A stretch of DNA of 64,000 bases, taken from Sedimentisphaerales bacterium (lineage in GTDB: Bacteria; Planctomycetota; Phycisphaerae; Sedimentisphaerales; SM23-30). Each line of letters starts with the position of its first letter. The stretch's first letter is position 1. The notes below the pieces were generated by a model. It saw only the letters and a list, made by a program, of their open reading frames with translations, had not been told where the DNA came from and ran no database searches. Both the position numbers and the translations under genes were made by a program. The stretch lies in the NCBI GenBank assembly GCA_963666285.1, contig OY762711.1; one strand, 5' to 3'. This document shows positions 28,801-40,300 of this stretch, one piece after another.

Positions 28801-29580
28801 ATGATCAAGAATAAAGAGCAGAAGATATCGCCTATTAAGACAAAACCTTTAAGGATGCCAGGACAATCTCTTGAAGAACAAATCAGAAAAATTAATGATG
28901 ACAAGATCACTCCGTATATCGCTTATTCCGCATGCCTTCTAGCAATAACTTTTCTTGAATGGTACTATTGGTTACTCAAAACTCCTCGTTCACCCTTTTT
29001 AACTACTTTAATAGCACTAATTGTGATCACATTCTGTTTCAGAAAAATCTTAAAGCAGTCAAAACAAGTAAGGTTGCTTAAACTAGCCAGAGAGGGTGAA
29101 ATCGCAGTAGGTCAAGAACTCGAATTGCTTAGAGAAAAAGGTTATATAATATACCATGACCTGCTTGGGGAGAACTTTAACATAGATCATGCAATTATAT
29201 CAGAACGAGGGATATTTGTAATTGAAACCAAGACCCTTTCCAAACCAGTTAAAGGTAATGCCCAAATTACATTTGATGGCAAAGAAATATCTATTGATGG
29301 TTATAAAACCACTAAACCGATCACACAAGCAAAAGCAGAGGCAAGTTGGGTTCGCAAGATCATAAAAGAATCAACAGGAAAAAGTGTTTCGGTTAAACCA
29401 ATAGTAGTTTACCCCGGTTGGTATATAAAAATCACCAAAAGCAATACTAACGAGGTGTGGGTATTAAACCCCAAAGCTGTTAAGGATTACATTGAGAACA
29501 CTCCAGCAACTCTTCCCAAAGAAGATATGATGTTGATATCTTATCATATATCCATGTACATTCGAGCTAATTATAAGTAA
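28801..29580 (+). CDS. NERD-domain nuclease-related membrane protein
   Basis: Two TM helices, then GEIAV...NIDHAIISERGIFVIETK...QA. Confidence 0.85.
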   Translation: MIKNKEQKISPIKTKPLRMPGQSLEEQIRKINDDKITPYIAYSACLLAITFLEWYYWLLKTPRSPFLTTLIALIVITFCFRKILKQSKQVRLLKLAREGEIAVGQELELLREKGYIIYHDLLGENFNIDHAIISERGIFVIETKTLSKPVKGNAQITFDGKEISIDGYKTTKPITQAKAEASWVRKIIKESTGKSVSVKPIVVYPGWYIKITKSNTNEVWVLNPKAVKDYIENTPATLPKEDMMLISYHISMYIRANYK

Positions 29581-29623
29581 ACTGTTTTCCCGACCCTATA
29601 CTGGATACTGGATACTGGAAAAT

Positions 29624-29669
29624 TGAAGCTCTACTAATAGGACTAGAACCAGCAACCGAGTGATTACAT
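29624..29669 (-). pseudogene. Degenerate tRNA-Thr(TGT)-like 3' half
   Basis: - strand TGTAATCACTCGGTTGCTGGTTCTAGTCCTATTAGTAGAGCTTCA resembles the anticodon-to-3' part of a tRNA-Thr. Confidence 0.4.
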
Positions 29670-29850
29670 AGTATGTTTCTGTCCTCAATCTGTCTCAAAA
29701 TGGCTATAAAGATAGTAAAAAACCGTGGTCAGATAGTAAGGCAATAAGAGAATCTAAATCTTTACCATCTCTGGAGTTAAGAGCTAAGTGCAGTTTATTT
29801 ATGAGCTTACAAAATTCAGGAAGCGAGAATCCCGCTCTCTCCGCTTTAAG

Positions 29851-29882
29851 AAACCTTCGTCCAAATGGGCGGAGGTTTTTTT
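29851..29882 (+). terminator. Intrinsic terminator just after attR (probable original tRNA terminator)
   Basis: AAACCTTCGTCC-aaat-GGGCGGAGGTTT followed by a T run. Confidence 0.7.
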
Positions 29883-29964
29883 GTTTTGAAATGAAAATGA
29901 AACCTGCTTGGTCCTTCTATCAAAATTTAGTACAATAGTAGCAATCATAGATAAATAGGAGGAT

Positions 29965-31572
29965 ATGATGAAAAGCAGATATATAATCCTTGTTTTTATT
30001 ATCAGCGTACTGGCCGGTGCGCATGTTCCGGCAAAAGAATTCATTCGAGGAGTCGATATATCAATACAAACCCGTCAGGAAGCCGGAGATTCATATTCAG
30101 ATGGTGTAGTTTACCATGAATATGGAGAGGCAAAGGATGTATTAGATATTTTTGTCAATCATGACATTAACTGGACCCGGATACGACTGTTTCATGCCCC
30201 TTCCGGCTCAGAGTATGGTGTTTGCCAGGATCTTGACTATGTGACAAATCTGGCCCAGCGGGTAAAAAGCAAAGGAATGAAGTTTTTACTGGATATTCAT
30301 TATTCAGACACCTGGGCAGACCCAAGCCATCAAACACTACCAAACGCATGGGCGAATTTTTCGCATCAGGAGCTGGTCGATGCTGTTTTCAGTTATTCAT
30401 ACGAAGTAATAACTCACCTTCAGGCAAATAACGCAATGCCTGACATGGTTCAGATAGGAAACGAGACAACCTGCGGCATGTTATGGCCGGACGGAAATAC
30501 CTGCACAAACAGCGAAGGCTGGGATAATTATGCCGAACTGGTCCGGTCAGCTTATGACGGCATTGCCGCGGCCTGCGAAAACGGGGCAATGTCTATGCCT
30601 GAGATAATGATCCACACAGACCAGGGCGGAGACAAGTCACACGCTCAATGGTATTTCAACGAATTAATAACGCGAAACGTACCTTTTGATATAATTGGAT
30701 TGTCGTTTTACCCGGAATGGCATGGAACAATAGCAGATTTACGGGAAAACGTGGAAAACCTGGCCCAGTTATTTAATAAGGATATCTGCCTGGCCGAAAT
30801 CGGAAACTATTATACAAGTTCAGGCAATTCCCCGGAATCTCAAAAAGAATTTATAGAAGAAGTACTAATTGTGCTACAGGAATTACCAAACGAAAAAGGT
30901 AGAGGATTATTCTACTGGGAGCCTACCTGGGTATGGAGTTCGCCCAGCGGCTATAGAGCCCTATTTGCACCAATCAACAACGTATGGGACAGAGTTGATA
31001 TGCTCATGGCTGTAGAAGCGTTTAATATTTCAGAAAGATTTTCAACATATTCAGATACAATATCAGGCAGTAGTTCCGGCAGCATAATGGACGGCCATAA
31101 CAGTGATAATAAGTACGAAGCCCTAACAGAATCATATACAGGCTCAGGTAATTACAGCTATTTGGAACATAAATGGACAATTAATAATATTACAGACAAT
31201 GCCGTATTCATGCTGGAAGCATTTAAGACAGATAACAGCGGAGAAGATAATTTTATATTTTCCTGGTCGACAGATGCCATAAATTACACTGATATGTTTG
31301 CAGTATTCAAGACAAGTGACGATAACACCATATTGAGCTATGATCTGCCCGACGGAATCGATGGTGCAGTATATATAAAGGTGAAAGATACTAATCGTTC
31401 ATCCGGCAGTAATATCCTAGATACATTGTATATAGACAATATGTATATCCAAGTTGCCACGGAAGAAGAATGCGGAGTATCAGGCTTTTCCGAGGTCGAT
31501 CTTTACCCTGACTGCAAAATAGACCTAAAGGATTTCGCGATATTTGCTGAACAGTGGCTGGCAAGCCAATGA
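29965..31572 (+). CDS. GH53 arabinogalactan endo-1,4-beta-galactanase with C-terminal dockerin-like tail
   Basis: RGVDIS, LLDIHYSDTWADP, VQIGNE, GLSFYP, FYWEP; DLYPDCKIDLKDFAIFAEQWL. Confidence 0.92.
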   Translation: MMKSRYIILVFIISVLAGAHVPAKEFIRGVDISIQTRQEAGDSYSDGVVYHEYGEAKDVLDIFVNHDINWTRIRLFHAPSGSEYGVCQDLDYVTNLAQRVKSKGMKFLLDIHYSDTWADPSHQTLPNAWANFSHQELVDAVFSYSYEVITHLQANNAMPDMVQIGNETTCGMLWPDGNTCTNSEGWDNYAELVRSAYDGIAAACENGAMSMPEIMIHTDQGGDKSHAQWYFNELITRNVPFDIIGLSFYPEWHGTIADLRENVENLAQLFNKDICLAEIGNYYTSSGNSPESQKEFIEEVLIVLQELPNEKGRGLFYWEPTWVWSSPSGYRALFAPINNVWDRVDMLMAVEAFNISERFSTYSDTISGSSSGSIMDGHNSDNKYEALTESYTGSGNYSYLEHKWTINNITDNAVFMLEAFKTDNSGEDNFIFSWSTDAINYTDMFAVFKTSDDNTILSYDLPDGIDGAVYIKVKDTNRSSGSNILDTLYIDNMYIQVATEEECGVSGFSEVDLYPDCKIDLKDFAIFAEQWLASQ

Positions 31573-31612
31573 GAGACATAGACCGGAAACAGAAAATATT
31601 ATAGTGCTCTAA

Positions 31613-31662
31613 AGCTCCGCAAACACAGAATCTGACGCAAATGACGCATCTGTGAAAGCTTA
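31613..31662 (+). repeat. Dispersed ~50-bp repeat, family C copy 2
   Basis: Matches 4816-4866. Confidence 0.8.
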
Positions 31663-31710
31663 AACAATAAATAGTATATGATTTAAACCGATCGTCCGGA
31701 AGGTAAATAA

Positions 31711-31862
31711 CTCAAACTGACCGATGGCCAGTTTGAGAGGTATTAGTTATTTGGTATTAGGGAAGGTTTGCCGCAAAGCGGCAGACTAATTAAATCATTA
31801 ATGTAACAATTTGCATTGAATTGTGTTACAGCAATAAATAATGGAAAATCGGTCACTTTGAG
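31711..31862. mobile_element. MITE-like element, 15-bp TIRs with 7-bp TAAATAA flanking duplication
   Basis: CTCAAACTGACCGAT / ATCGGTCACTTTGAG (14/15); TAAATAA at 31704-31710 and 31863-31869. Confidence 0.55.
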
Positions 31863-31946
31863 TAAATAATTATAATGTAACTATTCACGCCGCGTCCGAA
31901 CGGGCATAAAAAAACAGTTACGAGTATAGAAATCTATCTATAAGAT

Positions 31947-34571
31947 TCACCAGCGAATGAGTAAATATGTACTCAGATGCATGGAATCATACACATCAGA
32001 ACTGGAAATAAAATATTCGACACCAAGATCAATATTCTTATTAGTTTCGTAAACAATTCCGGCTTTTGCAGTATTTATTCCTTCCCGATCATTATCCAGA
32101 CCAATATATCCTTCAAGATAATAATAGAAATTAACCGAACCCTCGAAATTTTCATTATCAAGATAATGATACCAGCCAAGACCTATAGAGTTACTATTAT
32201 AGTAATCCGGAGACCAGTATTTAGTATCAAACTCTCTTGTCTGATAAAAATAGGAATCGAAAATTGTCTTTAATATTGTCGGGTACTTCAGCAATTCATA
32301 TTCAGCCCGGATATCATACTCAGCGGACCTGTTACCATCGCTAACCCAATAATGTTTGGCCGTAAAACCCAAAGAGGTATAGAAAAAAGGCCTGGTATAA
32401 AATTCAGCACCTATATACTTTCTATCTGTTTTGTCAAAATAAGTCAGGCTGTTAGTGATATAATCCTGCTTACCGGCCAAAACCGAAGCGTTAAAATATT
32501 CGAATTTTTTCTCCAGCTCAGACGATATCTCAAATGAATCAAAAGAGCTTACACTATAATCATTAAAACCTAAATCAATATTCAGGTTCAAATCGTCAGC
32601 CAGCATATCAGACATTGAAATCGAAGCAGAATTCTTTGTTGTATCGATGTCATTTAACGACAGCCTGTCAGTTGCCAGCGCAAATTGCCATTTACGATCT
32701 GCCAGCTCTCTTTGCGGGCTGTAGCTGATACGACTGGAGAAACGTCTAATATCGACATCGCCATTTCTGCCAGAATCGTCAGAATAAACGCTATAAAAAG
32801 AGGCACTCTGTTTTTTTCTAAATGCTTCAGCTATCAAAGCCTTAGAAGCCTGGATATGCCAGGGATGGTCGCTGACAATCTCTGAATACAATGCTTCAGC
32901 CTTATGATTTACTCCCAAACGATCGTAAATCTGTGCCAGATCATAAAGCAGTTCGACATCATCTGGCTTATCATCCAGCAATTCCTCATAATAACGCGCC
33001 GCCAGAATGTATCGTCCAATCCAGTTATTCTTTTTAGCAAGCAATTCCGTTTTATAGACAAGATCATTAAAGTAATTGAACATATCCAGATAATAAGCAG
33101 AAGCCCTGGAATATTCCAGGTTCCAGCCGGCTAACCTTGCCTGCTCCAGCCTGGCTTGCTCATCGCCATGATTAACACTGCAATAAAGATCATACCAATG
33201 TAATGCCTGAGAGAAATCATTGATAAAAACATAGATTCGAGCAATTTCCAAAGCAAGACAGTCATCGCCGCCTTTATCGTTATAATCCTGCAATATATAT
33301 TTTAAATGAGCCCGGCACAACATATCTGCTTCAAGAGCCATATCATTTTGCCGAAGAACTGAAGATGCTTCAATTATAACTTTGGCATCAGACGGTTTTA
33401 ATGTAAGATAACTTTTATACCGCTTAAAAGCCAGCTGGATATCACTATTTCTGACAGCATTTCTGGCCGCCTGCAACAGAATAACATCCCGGGTAAACAA
33501 ACTGTAATTCCGGACATTATTATTCAAAATATGACAATAATAGATTTCTGCCTGTCCGTATTGCCGATCATTATGGAGAAAATTGGCATATTCAAACATA
33601 ACATCAAGATCATCAGGATGCAAAGCCAGGAACTTCAGATATAACAAGTTTGCTTTATCATTCCGGCCAAGAATCAGGCTTGCCCTGGCAAAAGGTAAAA
33701 TGAGTTTTTCATCCACAATTTCGAGAACCACTACTTCATCGTTGATATCATAAAAGATATCCAGTAATGAACCGGGCACCTGGTGCAACTCCTGAATAGC
33801 TACAGCGAGTGCAATACAGAGCTGCGGATCATCCAAACCAAACGGCAAGCATTTTTGCAGCATCTCTACTGCTTCAGAATGCTTACCTTGAGCAGAGAGC
33901 ACAAAAGCCAATTTCTTATACAGCTCTTTTGACGGTTCTACAGCAATTGCCTGCTCAAGAATCTGCCGGGCAAAGATATAATTATCCTGCTGTTTTTCAC
34001 CATTACCAGGATCTGACAGTGCTATATCAGCTAATGCCAGATATAGGCTGATATCAGTATTGTATTTTTCTATCAACTGCAAATAAAGGCTAACAGCTTT
34101 TTGCTTCTGGCTAATTTGCAGGTATAAACCCGCCAACTCAATCATAGCATCTTTGTCATCGGGATAGTGTTCGACATACTGAGTGAACCTGTTAACGGCT
34201 TGTGCTACATCCTGCATTGAGTAAGCATTTCTACAAAACATAAGCCAGACATTTCGCCTCTCTTCCATATCCAGCTCGCTTTCCGAACCCAATAATGAAG
34301 ACAGTATATTATCAACATTACGGTACTTCCCGTTATTATTGAGAATATTTACAGCATTAAGTTTTTGCCTGACATTGAATTTATTTACAGCAGCATTTTC
34401 AATTACATTTACCTGCTCTTCTGTGATATAATCAGCCGCTTTCAAGCTATGCAGCAATACATAATCGGAATAGTATCTGACTAAAATAACCCTGCTGACC
34501 CAAGCAATAACCGGGATAGCAAATAACATAACTATCGTTATTCTATTTTGTATCTGCTTATTAACAGGCAT
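31947..34571 (-). CDS. TPR-repeat protein with C-terminal outer-membrane beta-barrel (BcsC/PgaA-like polysaccharide export)
   Basis: N-terminal TM segment, many TPR-like helices, amphipathic strands ending in Trp; overlaps the synthase stop by 11 nt. Confidence 0.75.
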   Translation of the reverse strand: MPVNKQIQNRITIVMLFAIPVIAWVSRVILVRYYSDYVLLHSLKAADYITEEQVNVIENAAVNKFNVRQKLNAVNILNNNGKYRNVDNILSSLLGSESELDMEERRNVWLMFCRNAYSMQDVAQAVNRFTQYVEHYPDDKDAMIELAGLYLQISQKQKAVSLYLQLIEKYNTDISLYLALADIALSDPGNGEKQQDNYIFARQILEQAIAVEPSKELYKKLAFVLSAQGKHSEAVEMLQKCLPFGLDDPQLCIALAVAIQELHQVPGSLLDIFYDINDEVVVLEIVDEKLILPFARASLILGRNDKANLLYLKFLALHPDDLDVMFEYANFLHNDRQYGQAEIYYCHILNNNVRNYSLFTRDVILLQAARNAVRNSDIQLAFKRYKSYLTLKPSDAKVIIEASSVLRQNDMALEADMLCRAHLKYILQDYNDKGGDDCLALEIARIYVFINDFSQALHWYDLYCSVNHGDEQARLEQARLAGWNLEYSRASAYYLDMFNYFNDLVYKTELLAKKNNWIGRYILAARYYEELLDDKPDDVELLYDLAQIYDRLGVNHKAEALYSEIVSDHPWHIQASKALIAEAFRKKQSASFYSVYSDDSGRNGDVDIRRFSSRISYSPQRELADRKWQFALATDRLSLNDIDTTKNSASISMSDMLADDLNLNIDLGFNDYSVSSFDSFEISSELEKKFEYFNASVLAGKQDYITNSLTYFDKTDRKYIGAEFYTRPFFYTSLGFTAKHYWVSDGNRSAEYDIRAEYELLKYPTILKTIFDSYFYQTREFDTKYWSPDYYNSNSIGLGWYHYLDNENFEGSVNFYYYLEGYIGLDNDREGINTAKAGIVYETNKNIDLGVEYFISSSDVYDSMHLSTYLLIRW

Positions 34572-36744
34572 GGGTTAATTCCTTAATAACAGAAGAAGAC
34601 AAACTATCGATTTCATCAATTATAATGACAGATTTCCACAATTTTGTCCCATGGAAAAAGAAAGGTTTATTTTCAGCGGCCCTTCCATAAAACAGTATTT
34701 GGCCCATGGGAGTAGCAATGGCGACATGCAACTTATCATCCAAAGCAAGCTCATGCTCGATAAGAACCACGACCTCGGATGAGCTGATAGTTTCGCTTCT
34801 GCAATGCTGCCAGTCATTTTTCCTGGAATCCAGATTAACCGGGAAATCAGTCCTGTAATTATCCTGCATACTAAATGAAATACTTTCACTTTTTATCAAG
34901 GCTTTGCCCTTCCGGTTAAGATGGTCGAGCAGCCGGGGAACCGTATACAACATAGTATGGAGATTAAGCATATCCCGGCAGATATTATCAATTGCCGTAA
35001 AACGGCATTCGTAGCAAAACATCTTACCGGAATCAGAATTGAGCACATTTACGACATCTACTTTAACAGGCAAACGAAAGGTGCGAAGGATTAAAGTAGC
35101 GTCTAACTGTGTCCCAACATCAAACTGATCGTTAAAATAAGCAGTAAACCCTTCATTACCATAATCTTTTGTAATTGCAGTCTTTTCCAGGTTTTCCTTG
35201 TCTTTGTAGAGAACAGGGATAAAATCATAAAATTTCATTTTTTCAACGGAACTACCGTACGCCGCAGAAAGCATAATCACTTTTAAGGCAAACAAGAGAT
35301 TCCATACACACCAAAAGAGAGAAATTGCGATACCCATAACATTGCTATCTATATCATACTGAAGTTTAGTAATACCGCAGACAATAGCAAAAACAGTAAC
35401 CAATACAAACAGTATCTGAGGTACAATAGAAGCAAATGGATACCTTTGTTCGCCCGACTTATTAGTTGTAACAAATTTATGGGGCTTAATATTAAGATAC
35501 GCCCTGAAAAATGAAGATGTAAAAATCCAGAAAGTAATCATATGATAAAATTCTTCATATACAAAGCTTCCCCTGCCATATGTTGTAAAGCGGTAAGTTG
35601 TCAACTGCAGAATAACATTGGTAATAAAAAGAAATAAAAGCACATTGGAAACAGGTTCGGCAGGATAAATGCCAAATAACAAAATAATTAACGGGGAAAT
35701 ATAGAAAACCATTTTCCTGATACCGTTAAGCCAGAAAAAGATTGAGCTCAAATAGCTAATTCGCTGAACGAAGGAAAGTCCCTTGAGTGTAATGGGATTA
35801 CAGTAGAGAAAAGTTCTTAAATTACCAATGGCCCACCTGGCCCTCTGAGTATGATAGGAGAACATATCCTCCGGAGCCAGCCCGGAAGATAAATGTTCGG
35901 CAGTATAAACCGATTTCCACCCCAGACTGTGGAGCTTGATAGAAGTTTCAATGTCTTCAGTAATAGTTTTAGTAGAAATACCGCCAGCCTGATCCAGGGC
36001 CTCGCGTCTAAAAACAGTACCTGTGCCACAAAAATATACGCTATTCCACTTGTTTTTGCCGGGCATAATAAGATGAAAGAAGATTTCCGCCTGTTCCCTG
36101 AGCCAGCCTTTTTCCATATCTACCGATTCTTCAAGAGCATCCAGATTATAATAGGTTTGAGGAGTCTGCACAAAAGCAACTTTCGGGTCATTGAAATATC
36201 CAAGTGTTTTATTAAGGAAATCCGGCAGCGGGACATGGTCAGCATCAAATATAGCCAGAAATTCACCAGAGATATATTTTAAGGCATTATTTAGATTACC
36301 TGCCTTGGCATGAAGATTATCATTTCTGGTGATATATTGAACCCCCAAATTCTGAGCCAGTTCCTTAACGCTCTGTCGATGGCCATCGTCAAGCAGGTAA
36401 GTAGTATGGGGGTAATCTATTGCCTCACAGCCAAGGATAGTTTTTCGGAGGAGCTCAACATCTTCATTATAGGTACAGATCAGGATATCGACGGAAAGCC
36501 CTTCCGGCGGAGATTCAGGTTCAGGAAAAGACGGACTCCAGATATCAAAACAGAATAGGAGATAATTCAAATAACCCTGCAACTCTGCACAGAAGAATAA
36601 TACCCAGAAAAACAGATAATGATGGTTTACCGTAAACATAAACCGGTAATATAAATAAATGGCTCCAAATAAAAGAGAAGCCATCATCATTATTTTTCGA
36701 GCGTTTCTATTTATATGAATGATTTTTTCGACTTTCTTATTCAT
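34561..36744 (-). CDS. bcsA: Cellulose synthase-like GT2 catalytic subunit (BcsA-like) with degenerate PilZ-like C-terminus
   Basis: DDG, HAKAGNLN, DADH, FVQTPQ, FCGT, TED and QRARW motifs plus TM helices. Confidence 0.8.
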   Translation of the reverse strand: MNKKVEKIIHINRNARKIMMMASLLFGAIYLYYRFMFTVNHHYLFFWVLFFCAELQGYLNYLLFCFDIWSPSFPEPESPPEGLSVDILICTYNEDVELLRKTILGCEAIDYPHTTYLLDDGHRQSVKELAQNLGVQYITRNDNLHAKAGNLNNALKYISGEFLAIFDADHVPLPDFLNKTLGYFNDPKVAFVQTPQTYYNLDALEESVDMEKGWLREQAEIFFHLIMPGKNKWNSVYFCGTGTVFRREALDQAGGISTKTITEDIETSIKLHSLGWKSVYTAEHLSSGLAPEDMFSYHTQRARWAIGNLRTFLYCNPITLKGLSFVQRISYLSSIFFWLNGIRKMVFYISPLIILLFGIYPAEPVSNVLLFLFITNVILQLTTYRFTTYGRGSFVYEEFYHMITFWIFTSSFFRAYLNIKPHKFVTTNKSGEQRYPFASIVPQILFVLVTVFAIVCGITKLQYDIDSNVMGIAISLFWCVWNLLFALKVIMLSAAYGSSVEKMKFYDFIPVLYKDKENLEKTAITKDYGNEGFTAYFNDQFDVGTQLDATLILRTFRLPVKVDVVNVLNSDSGKMFCYECRFTAIDNICRDMLNLHTMLYTVPRLLDHLNRKGKALIKSESISFSMQDNYRTDFPVNLDSRKNDWQHCRSETISSSEVVVLIEHELALDDKLHVAIATPMGQILFYGRAAENKPFFFHGTKLWKSVIIIDEIDSLSSSVIKELTHAC

Positions 36745-37282
36745 TATTCTGCCGGCAATATTTAATTATATTATCCATGTGCAAGATAGCCTTATCGACA
36801 GCATCTTTTTTCTTATCAAAGTCGCTATCTTCAAGCAGTTCCGCCATTGCCTGCCTGAACCGGTCTGCTTCATGATTTATTTCCTCAGCAATAACTTTTT
36901 CAGACTTTTTATTAAGATAGTGTTTAAGCCTGACAAACACTTCCTGATGGTTAACAGGTTTAATAATATAATCATCTCCCCCGCAATCGAATCCGTTAAT
37001 CCTGTCATTATCATTTCCCATAGATGTAATAAAGATCAGGGGTATAATGGCGGTATCAGGATCCTGTTTGATCTGCCGGCAAGCGTCAAAGCCATTCATA
37101 ACAGGCATATTAACATCCATAAAAATAACGTCAGGACTTAATTCTTTTGCCTTTTTAACGCCTTCCTGACCATTGGATGCTTTTTCCACACGCAACCCCT
37201 TTTCCCTGAGCATATTGGCCAGTAAAAGAGTCAAAGCACTATCATCATCTACCAGTAATATCAGTTTACTTTCTGTTGACAT
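36737..37282 (-). CDS. Response regulator (REC domain + short helical tail)
   Basis: LVDDD, FMDVNMP, DDYIIKP; overlaps the synthase start by 8 nt. Confidence 0.9.
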   Translation of the reverse strand: MSTESKLILLVDDDSALTLLLANMLREKGLRVEKASNGQEGVKKAKELSPDVIFMDVNMPVMNGFDACRQIKQDPDTAIIPLIFITSMGNDNDRINGFDCGGDDYIIKPVNHQEVFVRLKHYLNKKSEKVIAEEINHEADRFRQAMAELLEDSDFDKKKDAVDKAILHMDNIIKYCRQNNE

Positions 37283-37305
37283 ATTCTATCCCTCATTTTA
37301 AAGAG

Positions 37306-40300
37306 CTATTGTTTAAAGAATCTGTTCTCAATATATTGCAACACTTCATCCACAACCACAGTCAATTCCTGATTAGCCTGAGCGTATTCACCTGCCCTAC
37401 TTTCGACCGCCAACAATTCCAACGATTTAGCATTTTCATATACTTTTTTCATAGAGAGTGTTCCAGCGGTATTTTTAATTGCATGAGCAGCCACCCTGAC
37501 AGCTTCAGTATCATTATTTTCAATAGCGGCGGCAACCTCCTTTTTGAGCCGTTGAATATCCTCATATGACAATTTTAACGCTTTGATATAATCCTTCATT
37601 TTAATATTGAGCTGTTTCATTGTCTCCAACGGGTCAATAAAACTCCTGGCTTCCTGAGAATCATCCTCTTCCAGATTTTGAACAGCTTCAATTTCATTTG
37701 TTTCTTCCTGAAGGAATTTTTTCAATTGGACATCCATCTGGAATCTATTGATAGGTTTAAACACAATGCCGCCAAAGCCCATCTGCTTACATTTGGCAAT
37801 TGTTGCCGGTAAAGCATCAGCAGTAAGAGCAAGAATATTCAGATCAGGGGCCAGTTTCTTAATTTCTTTAAAAGTATCAAATCCTGAAATTTCAGGCATA
37901 TGCAAATCAAGCATAATCAGATCATATTTATTGTTATGATTAACTCTATCGATGGCTTCCTGGCCACTATTGGCAGTATCCACGATCAAGCCAATGGCCT
38001 CCAGCATCATACGGAAGAGAATAAGGTTGGTTTGAGTATCATCAACAACAAGCACACGACCGACGTACCTTGTTTCGCTTCCCCGGTCATACTCAGCAGC
38101 TAATTCGGATAACTGTTCATAACTATCTTTAACTTCCAACTGCCGGTCAGTACCTGCCGGAATGGTAATTGTAAATTTTGCTCCTTTTCCTTTTTCGCTC
38201 TCTACAGAAATCTCGCCGCCCAGCAAGTTAACCACCTGCCTGGTTATCGAAAGGCCTAATCCTGTACCGGCAAACGCCGTATCGGTTTCAACGCCGAGCT
38301 GCTCAAACGGTTCAAAAATACTTTGCTGCTTTTCTCTACTTATCCCTATACCGGAATCAGCAACAGCAACTTTCACATAATTACCATCGGCCAGTTCAGT
38401 CAAACATGCAGATATGACAATCCTGCCATTTTGAGGGGTAAACTTCACCGCATTACCAAGCAGGTTCATAATACACTGCTGAACTCTAAGTGAATCTGAA
38501 TATATAATTACAGGCAGCGGCTCATATTCTGTAACCAGACTAATATTTTTTTCATCACATAATGTCTGAATAATAGAACTACAGGAATACAGTACTTTTA
38601 TAATAGACATTTCCGCAAAATGCAGCTTCATCTTACCAGATTTGATTTTTTCCTGATCCAGCAGAGTATTTATTATATTAAGCAAAAATCCACTATTGGA
38701 ATGGATAACAGCCAGATTGTTTTTTATTTCAGGGTAATCTGCTGCCAATTTTAATGACAGGTCGGTATATCCCAGAATAGCGGTAAGAGGGGTACGTATT
38801 TCATGACTCATAGTTGCCAAAAACAGGCTTTGGGCCTTATCAGTCTCCATAGCCTTAAGAGCCAAGGATTCATTAAATTGCGCCATTTGCTTTAATTCTA
38901 TAGTATATGACCTAAGCTCTTCATTTAAGGCAACCAGCTCCTGTTGGTTATGCTTAATCTCAGTAATATCAGTAAAGAAATAGATAGTATAATTACCGCT
39001 ACTCCAACAGAACCTGCATTGGAGCAGCTTTGACTCGCCTGTCCTGGTCCTAATGCTAAACTCTATTTCGTTTATACAATCCAACTCTTTGGCACATGTA
39101 CCTTTGCAGGCATTAGCAGCAAAATCAACAAGTGAGTTAATAATATCATCCGGTAACTGATCAGCTTCATAACCAAATATATTACAAACATAATCATTTG
39201 AAAACACAATTTTATTATCCCGGTCCAATGTCAATATTGCAGCCGGACATGATGAAAGTATAATTTTATTCTTTTCCTGCTCATATTTTCTTTGTTTATT
39301 CATTTCATGCCTGGCGTGAAATAATACAACAATAGAATAAGAAATCAGCAGATCAGTAATAATCTGAAAAAATAACAACAAAAATTTATTTTCATAATGC
39401 CAGTGATAAAGAGTAATATTTTGATATTGTTGTCTTAGATCATCTAATTGAATTGAGAATAGCAGATATATAGGCTCGTCAGCTTTGCCAGCCTTTGATT
39501 CCAAAGAAAAACCTACTCTTTGGCTCATACCATCTTTCCAGTTTAATACCTGATAGATAATTATCTGATTTTTTGTTTTTATACTACCCTGCCTATTATT
39601 GCGCATTTTCTGCCATATCTCAGGAGAATCCAAAGCAATATTACCTCTATGGATATCGGTCAGAATAAAGCCCCATTCCTTATCTTTTTCCCTGCTGTTA
39701 AGGAGCCAGTATCCATCCTTATTTAACAATTCAACTTTAACATATGGAAGCAGATTTTCTTCATGATGTAAATATTGAAAAACATCTCTCATCCTGTAAT
39801 TTATAACAAAAAGGAAATTAGTATTGCCATCTTTATCACGAAGAGGAGTAACCAGCCTTATAACAGGTTTGTATGGGACTTCAATCGCATTATTTTCGAC
39901 ATTCAAGTCAATAGGAGAAACATACACTTCACCATATCCAAGCTTCATCCCTTGTTTAAAATATTCTCTTTGCGATTTATCCTGCAATTCTGTTTCTTTA
40001 CAAACATACGAAGAAGAATCGTCAAAATTGATTCTCAATGCTTCGCGCCCATTTATATTTAACAATCTCACCTGGTCAATATCAGGATATTTTCGCCCAA
40101 TTGTTGTGTAGATATTAATCAGATTATCAAATTTTACCTGATCGCCATAAATGTTCTGTTCCGCGAAATCAGCCAAAATTGATAATTTATTCACCATACC
40201 ATGAAGGTTGTTTTGGGAATTTATAATACTGGCATCCAGACTATTTTTAGTTTTTTGAGTGGCGTGATATGCCCAGACTCGTTTTTCCCATACAATAAAT

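Larger units (their letters stand above)
21932..29843. mobile_element. Degenerate tRNA-Ser-integrated genomic island (~7.9 kb)
   Basis: 17-bp direct repeat GAATCCCGCTCTCTCCG at 21932-21948 and 29827-29843; AT-rich interior; integrase remnant; all cargo on the + strand. Confidence 0.88.

Noticed and set aside
28801..29580. NERD protein as a defined anti-phage system
   Set aside because: Single gene with no partner recognisable from sequence; a defence role cannot be supported here.
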